Below, in pieces: positions 1 to 6,487 of a DNA stretch of 32,000 bases. The stretch's first letter is position 1, and the number at the start of each line of letters is the position of its first letter. Below the pieces are notes generated by a model. That model made no database searches, was not told the DNA's origin, and saw nothing but the letters and a program-made list of their open reading frames with translations. Made by a program: the position numbers and the translations under genes. Source of the stretch: Methanopyrus kandleri AV19. GTDB lineage: Archaea; JAADCQ01; Methanopyri; Methanopyrales; Methanopyraceae. The stretch is from the NCBI RefSeq assembly GCF_000007185.1, contig NC_003551.1, positions 930,001 through 962,000 on the forward strand, written 5' to 3'.

Positions 1-169
1 CGTACTCCTTTACCACCTCCTGCAGCTCCCGATACAGCTCCTCTTCCGACAGATCCGTTTCTAAACCCGCCTCGATCATAGCGCGGATAGCGTTCCTACG
101 CGCTTCCTCCGCCAGCTTGGAGGACGGGTACAGTGTGTCGTCCACATCGAACAGTACGGCTTTGATCAT
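1..169 (-). CDS. HAD-superfamily hydrolase, N-terminal part only (gene runs off the left edge)
   Basis: Minus-strand translation from ATG (complement of 167-169) reads MIKAVLFDVDDTLYPSSKLAEEARRNAIRAMIEAGLETDLSEEELYRELQEVVKEY. FDVDDTL is HAD motif I (DxDxT) at the usual distance from the N-terminus. It is absent from the ORF track because only 56 codons lie in the window. Confidence 0.6.
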   Translation of the reverse strand, partial: MIKAVLFDVDDTLYPSSKLAEEARRNAIRAMIEAGLETDLSEEELYRELQEVVKEY

Positions 170-926
170 GGGGGGACTCCCCACGCTTCGCATCGAGCCG
201 GTTCCGCTGGAGAGGAAGGTACGACCCGGAGACGACCTCGCGGAGCTCATCGCGGAGTCCGCGGAGCTCGAGGAGGGGGACGTCCTCGCGATCGCTCACA
301 CGGTAGTATCTAAGGCCGAGGGGGCCCTAATTAGTCTCGACGAGATCGAGCCCAGTCCCTTCGCTAAGACCCTCGCCGAGCGGACTGGTAAAGATCCGCG
401 TGTGGTCGAGGTGATCCTTCGGGAAGCGGAGTCCATCGTGCGGGTCGGTCCGGACTTCATCATCACGGAAGTGCGAGGAGGGATGGTCTGCGCCAACGCA
501 GGCGTCGACGAATCGAACGCACCGCCCGGGTACGTGATCGTCCTGCCCGAGGATCCCGATCGCAGCGCCCGAGAACTCCGTCGGCGTCTCCGCGAACTCG
601 TCGGAGTTGACGTAGGAGTCATCATCACCGACACTCAAGGTCGACCTTTCAGGGAAGGGGTTGTCGGCGTAGCGATCGGGGCCTCCGGAGTGCCCGTACT
701 GGCCGACCGGCGTGGGGACCGCGATCTCTACGGTCGCGAGCTGAAAATCACGATCGTAGCGCTCGGTGACCTCCTAGCCTCCGCGGCGGAGCTCGTGATG
801 GGGCAGGCCGACGAGGGTACGCCTGCGGTCATCTTCCGTGGGCTCAAGCCCGAGCTTGAGCGGTTCGAAGGTCCCCGGAAGGCTCGAGCGATTATCCGCT
901 CTCCAAGTAGGGATATATTCAGATGA
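168..926 (+). CDS. cofE: Coenzyme F420-0:L-glutamate ligase (CofE)
   Basis: ORF 117-926. CofE-family motifs read by eye: RPGDDLAELI near the N-terminus, CANAGVDESN, ITDTQGRPFREG, VMGQADEGTPAVIFRG. I prefer ATG 168 (MGGLPTLRIEPVP...) to TTG 117 because family members start just before this segment. The start is uncertain. Confidence 0.85.
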   Translation: MGGLPTLRIEPVPLERKVRPGDDLAELIAESAELEEGDVLAIAHTVVSKAEGALISLDEIEPSPFAKTLAERTGKDPRVVEVILREAESIVRVGPDFIITEVRGGMVCANAGVDESNAPPGYVIVLPEDPDRSARELRRRLRELVGVDVGVIITDTQGRPFREGVVGVAIGASGVPVLADRRGDRDLYGRELKITIVALGDLLASAAELVMGQADEGTPAVIFRGLKPELERFEGPRKARAIIRSPSRDIFR

Positions 927-972
927 ACAAACATTTGGCCCACACAAACCTCACGTGGGTTATCTCACCAAA

Positions 973-986
973 AAGTATTTAACTAA
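973..986 (+). promoter_or_regulatory. Candidate archaeal TATA-like element upstream of the surface-protein gene
   Basis: AAGTATTTAACTAA lies in the A/T-rich spacer 927-1141. No TSS information, so this rests on position only. Confidence 0.3.
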
Positions 987-1023
987 TTGTGGTTTTCAGT
1001 GAGTTCTGGATAGTACGATGATA

Positions 1024-1058
1024 CCCCGGGTAGCTCGGGCCGAAGCCCGGGTCCGGGG
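1024..1058 (+). other. GC-rich two-tier hairpin in the putative 5' leader of the surface-protein gene
   Basis: CCCCGG(1024-1029) pairs with CCGGGG(1053-1058). The inner stem CTCGGGC(1034-1040) pairs with GCCCGGG(1045-1051) around a CGAA loop. It stands out in an otherwise A/T-rich spacer. Confidence 0.4.
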
Positions 1059-1141
1059 TTGATGTAAGTCGGGGGGTAGGTAGGAGGTTCAGGATAAAAG
1101 GAAACACCGAGCTACTAACTTTAACAGTAATCTTCACACTA

Positions 1142-2399
1142 ATGACACTGTGTGCCAACAGTGCACAGGCTAACATTACAGTACATATCACGGTGTACAA
1201 CGATTCGGACGCATGGGATCAATCACATATCCAAGCATATGATGAGTTCCTAACGCGGTGTGAGCAAAACGGTGTCAAGGTGGCGGTGTTCCACTACCCA
1301 CACTGTGAAAACACCGCCTCCGGGATCACCGACGTGATTAAAGGACATCTCGGTCCCAACGGGGCGATCGAGTTCGTCGGCGTACACGGCACTTCGCACT
1401 CGATCGCCGGACTCCCGGAGGACGTCCAGAAGATGGAAATCCAGTACTGCTGGGAGTTCCTGGAGGATCAAGGGCTCGGACCCTATCTACGCAAGGACAT
1501 AATCTCCCCGTCGCCCGAGTGGATCATGGACGACACGTTCGTCAAGGTCTGTCAGGAACTCGGGACCCGAGAGGTGGTCTGCGGCTACAGGACGTGGGAG
1601 CTCGACCCCGATAAGCACCCGCGGTGGTACGGTAAAGACTACGACTACATCGCGGATATCATGGTGATCAAGAAGCTGAATACTAACGGGTACACCGTGT
1701 ACGTCTGTCCGGTGATCGACTTCGAGGAGCTCGTAGGTGACGTAGTGGATGAACTGGGCGTCTACAATCTCAGTAACCTTAAGACCATGCTGCGGAAGGC
1801 CATCGAAACGCTGCGCAATACTGGCGCGATTCGCGACGGTAGCCACCTTATGATGTGGGTACTCATCCACCCGTGGCAGCTAACCGAAGATATACGCGTC
1901 GGCAGGAATGACAACACAAGACCAGGTATGGAATTGATCGAAGAGTTCATACAGTGGGTCAAGAAAGGTCAGCTGGACTATGAGGTGAATGGGATTAACA
2001 TCAAGTTCGTACTCGAGAACCCGAGCGATGCAATACGGATCGAGAGGAACATCGAGCAGAACCCGACGGCCTACGGCCATCCGATGGTGACCGTGACGAA
2101 ATTGGACTGGGTCTCGATGATCAAGGCCAGCGGAGGTAAGACGGCCAGGGAATTGAAGCATGATCACCAGAAGCTCGTCGACATCTGGGAGCGGGCGATG
2201 AAGAAGCTCCAGAAGGTCGCACCCCAGTTGTCGTCCCTGAGGCAGACGGTGGACAGGCTGGTCTACGACGTCGTGCTCAGGGCGACCAACGAGTTCAGGC
2301 TCAGCGTGATGGCGACGAAAGGGGACTTCTGGGGTACCAAGTACGATGCCACGCAGTACGTGCAAATGTGGGAGCGGGAGATCCAGATACTGGAGGGGG
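1142..2399 (+). CDS. Large secreted/surface protein, N-terminal segment (frame 2), interrupted by a +1 frame change at 2395-2399. The real start is probably upstream of 1142.
   Basis: ORF 1142-2956 is protein-like only up to ...QMWEREIQILEG (about 2398). Beyond that it becomes R/G/D-rich junk while frame 3 becomes protein-like. The in-frame upstream codons 1094-1141 complete a signal peptide (see findings). The domain has no family I can name. Confidence 0.6.
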
Positions 2400-4205
2400 C
2401 TGATTCAGGGGACGATCCAGTACGTGGGAACCGAGTCGGTCCCGGGAGCCCAGGTGATGGTGTTCAAGCAGGACGATCAGACCATCAAGGTACTGTTCCC
2501 CGAGAACAGGTGGTACTTGTCACAGACTATCCTCACGGCGGGGCCTCTGAGCGCTCAGAAGACCGACTACGGGGCCGACTACGCGGTCCTGACGATCCGG
2601 TGTCCAGTGACCACCCAAGGATGGAAGATCACCGGCGGCGTGATCGTGATCAAGGACCAGAAGGGCAACGAGCTGGCCAGGGTGAGGTTCGGTCCCAACA
2701 ACGTAGTGAACGGGGAGCTGGTCAAGGAGGTGAGGCTAGAGGGTCTCGGTTCGTACCCGCCGGAGTTCCAGGTAAGGATCGAGGTGGTGTTCGAGAGACG
2801 CGAGACCTGGCGGACACCGAGTCAGACGATCACCCTGACGACGAGCGGTACCTCCACGGTCAGGCTAGCTCGGGCGTCGGTATCGGGCGAGCTCAAGGTG
2901 AAGGACATCTCGGGATTACAGGCGACGTTGGTGGTCAGTTACTCGGTGACCACTGAGAACTGCGACGTCGAATCGGTCACGATCGAACTACTGCGTGACG
3001 GTCAGATGGTCGACAGGAAGACGGTGAGTTCTCCGCAAGGTTCTGTTGAATTCACGGTGACCGAGGAGGGTGAGTATCAGGTCAGGATCATCGTCGAATG
3101 TACTCGCGGTGTAACAGCTGAGACGCTAACAAACTCCGTTACAGTGCGGTTCCCGAGTGCTTCGGTGTCTGGTGGGCTTAGTATCGAGAGTGTGAGCTCC
3201 TCATCGGCGGTGCTTAAAGTTGACTACTCGGTGACAACCGAAGACTGTAGCGTCGAATCAGTCACTGTAGAACTACTATGCAACGGTCACGTTATCGACA
3301 CTAAGACGCTGAACTCACCACAGGATTCAGTCGAGTTCACGGTGACCCAAGAGGGTGATTACACGGCCAGGATCATCGTACAGTGCACGAGTGGTGTAAT
3401 CACTGAAGCGATGACGAATACCGTCACAGTACGATTCCCAAGCGCGTCAGTATCCGGTAAGCTCAGTATCAAAAACTTAGGCGCCTCATCTGCGGTACTG
3501 GAAGTCGACTACTCGATAGCAACCGAGAATTGCGGTGTCAACTCAGTAACGATCGAGTTACTACGCGACGATCAAGTAGTCACTACCAAGACTGTTAATT
3601 CACCACAAGGTTCCATCGAATTCACGGTGACCGAGGAAGGCAAATACAAGGCCAAGATCATTGCGAGATGTACGAACGGTGTGACCATCGAAACACTGAC
3701 CAACGCAGTTGTAGTACAGTTCCCGAGCACGCAGACGCCGGCCGGCATTCGGTTCGATCTATCGATCCTATCGCCGCTGGCGGCGATCGCGGGTATAATG
3801 TTGGCGTGGCAGCTCCTCGGCCAACCGGTTCAGACCACGAGTGAGACCGTGGAAGCACCTACAATCCCGAACAAGCAAGTAACGGCCAAGGAGGTTCAGA
3901 AGGAGGGAGTCGAGCAGGAACGTAAGACGACGAACGTCCCGGAGACCGAGAAGATCAAGGAGGGTAAGGAGCTCGGGAAGCCGCTGTCAGAACTCCGATC
4001 TCGAGAGGAGGTGGAGAAAGTGCGCGGAGCGGTGGAAGTCGGAGAGTCAGTACGGAGTGAGAACGGTTCGAGCCGTCGGCGAGGTGGTACGACCGGTGTC
4101 CTGGTGATCGGTAAGTACGTCACGGGAATCCCGGGCGTGCTAGCGCTGCTAGCCGGAGTGTGTGCTGTAGTCGGTGCAGCGCTGATCTTCAGGTGTCGGC
4201 GCTGA
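2400..4205 (+). CDS. Large surface protein, C-terminal segment (frame 3): beta-rich region, three 95-aa tandem repeats, hydrophobic segment, Lys/Glu-rich linker, C-terminal anchor
   Basis: ORF 2346-4205. The first 18 codons (MPRSTCKCGSGRSRYWRG) are junk, and the sequence is protein-like from LIQGTIQYVGTE (2400). Repeats lie at 2874-3728. Hydrophobic helices lie at about 3759-3821 and 4128-4202 (IPGVLALLAGVCAVVGAALIFRCRR, vaguely PGF-CTERM-like). Confidence 0.7.
   Translation: MIQGTIQYVGTESVPGAQVMVFKQDDQTIKVLFPENRWYLSQTILTAGPLSAQKTDYGADYAVLTIRCPVTTQGWKITGGVIVIKDQKGNELARVRFGPNNVVNGELVKEVRLEGLGSYPPEFQVRIEVVFERRETWRTPSQTITLTTSGTSTVRLARASVSGELKVKDISGLQATLVVSYSVTTENCDVESVTIELLRDGQMVDRKTVSSPQGSVEFTVTEEGEYQVRIIVECTRGVTAETLTNSVTVRFPSASVSGGLSIESVSSSSAVLKVDYSVTTEDCSVESVTVELLCNGHVIDTKTLNSPQDSVEFTVTQEGDYTARIIVQCTSGVITEAMTNTVTVRFPSASVSGKLSIKNLGASSAVLEVDYSIATENCGVNSVTIELLRDDQVVTTKTVNSPQGSIEFTVTEEGKYKAKIIARCTNGVTIETLTNAVVVQFPSTQTPAGIRFDLSILSPLAAIAGIMLAWQLLGQPVQTTSETVEAPTIPNKQVTAKEVQKEGVEQERKTTNVPETEKIKEGKELGKPLSELRSREEVEKVRGAVEVGESVRSENGSSRRRGGTTGVLVIGKYVTGIPGVLALLAGVCAVVGAALIFRCRR
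2874..3728 (+). repeat. Three tandem in-frame coding repeats of 285 bp (95 aa): 2874-3158, 3159-3443, 3444-3728
   Basis: Unit consensus: ASVSG.L.......S.A.L.V.YS..TE.C.V.SVT.ELL......D.KT..SPQ.S.EFTVT.EG.Y...II..CT.GV..E..TN.V.V.FPS. Each unit has two conserved Cys. The DNA copies are clearly diverged and share only short identical runs such as ttcacggtgacc and aggatcatcgt. Confidence 0.9.
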
Positions 4206-4217
4206 CGCCCCTCGATC

Positions 4218-4227
4218 ATTTTATATC
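4218..4227 (+). promoter_or_regulatory. Candidate TATA box for thrC
   Basis: ATTTTATATC lies in the 66-nt spacer, about 45-50 nt upstream of TTG 4272. A GGGGGAG SD-like run at 4257-4263 lies between them. Confidence 0.45.
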
Positions 4228-4271
4228 TTCCGAATCGTTACTCGTCTCAAAACGTTCGGGGGAGTACGGGG

Positions 4272-5483
4272 TTGCATTACGTCCTGGAGTGTGTTGAATG
4301 CGGTTCGGAGTTCGATGATGACTCACTGGTACGGTGCCCCGAGTGCGGAGGACTCCTGGAGGTGGCACTGCGCTACGACGAAATCGAGGTGAGTCGGTCG
4401 ACGTTCGAGGGTCGTCGCCTCGGCGTATGGGCCTTCCGGGAGCTCCTACCAGTGAACACGGACGATCCCGTCACGATGTCCGAGGGCGGTACGGGCTTAC
4501 ACCCGTGTCCGAGACTGGGCGAGGAGCTCGGTGTTAGGGAGCTGTTCGTGAAGAACGAGGGCGAGAACCCCACGGGCTCCTTCAAGGATCGGGGAATGAC
4601 CGTGGGAGTTACCAAGGCCGTGGAGCTCGGTGCGGAGGTCGTCGCATGTGCCTCGACGGGCAACACATCGGCCTCGTTGGCCGCCTACGCCGCCCGCGCG
4701 GGCCTTACGTGTGCCGTCCTCCTTCCGGCCGGTAAGGTGGCCCTAGGCAAACTCGCTCAAGCCCTCTTCCACGGTGCCCGCGTGATTCCAGTGAACGGCA
4801 ACTTCGACGACGCCTTGGATGTCGTGAAGAAGCTGGCCGATGAGGGCATCGTGTACATTCTAAACTCCGTGAACCCGTTCCGCCTCTCCGGTCAGCGTAC
4901 CATCGCGTACGAGATCTGCTTGCAGTTGGACTGGGAGGTCCCCGACGCGGTCGTCGTGCCGGTCGGTAACGCGGGTAACATCAGCGCGATCTGGCAGGGG
5001 TTCCTCGATCTCTACAGGCTGGGAATCATCGACGAGCTCCCGAGGATGTACGGAGTACAGGCGGAGGGTGCTCGACCGATCGTCGAGGCGATTCGGCGGG
5101 GCAAGGAGGACATCGAACCGGATCCCGAGCCCGAAACCGTCGCCACCGCGATCCGCATCGGTAACCCAGTGAACGCCATCAAGGCTCTCCGTGCCATCCG
5201 GTGTTCGGGCGGCTGGGCCGTAGAGGTCTCCGACGAGGAAATACTCTCGGCGCAGCGTGAGCTCGCAACGCGGGAGGGGATCTTCGTGGAGCCGGCGAGT
5301 GCCGCCTCGATAGCGGGACTCAGGAAGTTCGTGGAGGAGGGTGAGATCGACGCCGACGAGCGGGTGGTCTGCGTGACCACCGGACACGGTTTGAAGGATC
5401 CGGAGACGGTCATGGAAGTGTGTGAGCTGCCTGAACCCGTGGAACCGGATCCCGAGACCATACAGCGTTTAATCGCCGAGTGA
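4272..5483 (+). CDS. thrC: Threonine synthase (archaeal type with N-terminal zinc ribbon)
   Basis: CxxC...CxxC ribbon (CVECGSEF..CPECGG). PLP-lysine motif NPTGSFKDRG, ASTGNTSASLAAYA, and a C-terminal VCVTTGHGLKD. Full-length ORF with a TTG start. Confidence 0.9.
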   Translation: MHYVLECVECGSEFDDDSLVRCPECGGLLEVALRYDEIEVSRSTFEGRRLGVWAFRELLPVNTDDPVTMSEGGTGLHPCPRLGEELGVRELFVKNEGENPTGSFKDRGMTVGVTKAVELGAEVVACASTGNTSASLAAYAARAGLTCAVLLPAGKVALGKLAQALFHGARVIPVNGNFDDALDVVKKLADEGIVYILNSVNPFRLSGQRTIAYEICLQLDWEVPDAVVVPVGNAGNISAIWQGFLDLYRLGIIDELPRMYGVQAEGARPIVEAIRRGKEDIEPDPEPETVATAIRIGNPVNAIKALRAIRCSGGWAVEVSDEEILSAQRELATREGIFVEPASAASIAGLRKFVEEGEIDADERVVCVTTGHGLKDPETVMEVCELPEPVEPDPETIQRLIAE

Positions 5484-5588
5484 CCTCTACGGCTCCCTCG
5501 GATGTCAGTCTTACTCACAGGGCAAGGTCGCTCCGCGATCCTTCCAACGTCGGAAAACGTTATGAACACGATAACGAATCACGAGGAC

Positions 5589-5913
5589 GGCGGCGGGCGC
5601 GCCGAGGGGTGGACCCGGCCCCCGGAGCCCGGTACTCCCCCGGCCGACCTGCCTCCGGCGACCCCCGAGCGGCCGCGGGTCCGGGGTGGGCTGCTCCCTC
5701 TCGGGCCTGACCCGGTGCCCCGGCAAAGGCGGTGGCGCGCCGCCCTCCGGCGGCGGCCCCGCCACCCCGGGCCCCCGGGGGGCCGGAGGGTCATCGGTCG
5801 GGTCCGGGGGGCCGGTACTCCGGGGGACCGGGCCGCCCCCTCGGCTTCGGCCCCCGCATGAGGCGGATTTCGGGTTACAGCGGACCGCCAGCCCGCCGGC
5901 CTAGCCCGCCGCC
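5589..5913 (-). ncRNA. Signal recognition particle RNA (7S/SRP RNA)
   Basis: The minus-strand RNA has a 10-bp terminal helix, with GGCGGCGGGC (complement of 5904-5913) pairing with GCCCGCCGCC (complement of 5589-5598). It has an Alu-domain CUGUAACCCGAAAUCCGCC segment (5862-5881). It has a helix-6-like hairpin with a GGAG tetraloop (5731-5766). It has the helix-8 signature GGUCAGGCCC-GAGA-GGGAGCAGCC (5689-5712). The region has overlapping non-protein-like ORFs in all frames. Ends are approximate to within a few nt. Confidence 0.88.
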
Positions 5914-5937
5914 ATCGAGATCGCCTCAAGGACGGTA

Positions 5938-5949
5938 CTTATAGTTTAG
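5938..5949 (-). promoter_or_regulatory. Candidate TATA box of the SRP RNA gene
   Basis: The minus strand reads CTAAACTATAAG, centred about 27-30 nt upstream of the predicted RNA 5' end at 5913. This is the expected archaeal TATA-to-start spacing. Confidence 0.5.
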
Positions 5950-5966
5950 GTCGTGATCGGTCAGTA

Positions 5967-6410
5967 TCACTCCCGCGCGATGTACACGTACGCCTCATAA
6001 CTACCCAGGGATGTTTTCACCTCCACCCGTTCGCGCTCGTAGAGTACCGGGTATCCCTCGTACCTGTCTATCGCCCGGATATCCTCGTCACTCAGCCCGA
6101 CGAGCAGTGCTCCCTTTACTTCCGATCCTTCCCGTTCGCGGATCGTGTTGTACCGGCCCCCAACGTCCTCAAGCGCTAGCTCGTACCCTTCCAGTACCGC
6201 CGGGTAGATGATCGTAGGCAACCTGTTGAGGACACCGACGACCATCTCGGGGTCAGTGAGGGTTCCGTACGCAAAGACACGCTCCGGGGGAAGGTCTTTT
6301 GACGGTTCCTCCTCGGTCGGAGTGACTACCAGTGCTCCGTCGGATTCCGCGACCTTATACGAGAACACGGCCTCTTCTTCCTCCTTCGGGTCCCTCTCCG
6401 GTAGGAACAT
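5967..6410 (-). CDS. Gamma-glutamylcyclotransferase-like (AIG2/GGCT family) protein with acidic N-terminal extension
   Basis: ORF 5967-6449. VFAYGTLTDPEMV and DRYEGYPVLYERERVEV match the AIG2/GGCT pattern (YGTL ... E..Y.R). I start at ATG 6410 because AGAGGTGGT (SD-like) sits 6 nt upstream on the minus strand. GTG 6449 is the alternative. Confidence 0.6.
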   Translation of the reverse strand: MFLPERDPKEEEEAVFSYKVAESDGALVVTPTEEEPSKDLPPERVFAYGTLTDPEMVVGVLNRLPTIIYPAVLEGYELALEDVGGRYNTIREREGSEVKGALLVGLSDEDIRAIDRYEGYPVLYERERVEVKTSLGSYEAYVYIARE

Positions 6411-6487
6411 TTGACGACCACCTCTTCCCACGTACACGTACACTTCCACACGGGTCCCCGGGGGGAACCCGCCCGTTGGCCCGTCTT

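Noticed and set aside
2400-2956. 3' part of ORF 1142-2956 (ADSGDDPVRGNRVGPGSPGDGVQAGRSDHQG...)
   Set aside because: It has low-complexity Arg/Gly/Asp composition typical of an off-frame read of GC-rich coding DNA. Frame 3 is clearly the coding frame from about 2400.
2874-3728. Regular 285-bp periodicity considered as a CRISPR array or satellite
   Set aside because: The units are contiguous, in frame, diverged and encode a conserved protein domain. There is no short repeat/spacer organisation.
5589-5913. Plus-strand reading as RNase P RNA (the terminal P1-like helix and an ACAG...GGCCUAG segment looked like CR-IV/V)
   Set aside because: There is no GAAAGUCC-type CR-I and no GUAA/GUGAAA-type CR-II/III elements. 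The minus-strand reading gives clean SRP helix 6, helix 8 and Alu-domain signatures plus a correctly spaced TATA box.
5480-5944. Seven overlapping ORFs (60-119 aa) rich in Pro, Gly and Arg, on both strands
   Set aside because: They overlap in several frames, have no protein-like composition, and cover a region that folds as SRP RNA. They are artefacts of extreme GC content in a structural RNA gene.
5981-6443. 10-nt direct repeat GTACACGTAC (5983-5992 and 6432-6441) flanking the GGCT-like gene, considered as target-site duplication
   Set aside because: Rough expectation for chance 10-mer matches within 500 nt across 32 kb is well above one. Both copies simply encode YVY. No other mobile-element features are present.
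6332-6487. N-terminal 52 codons of ORF 6332-8134
   Set aside because: It is Arg/Pro/Thr-rich, overlaps the divergent GGCT-like gene, and precedes a good ATG (6488) that opens directly into a membrane helix.
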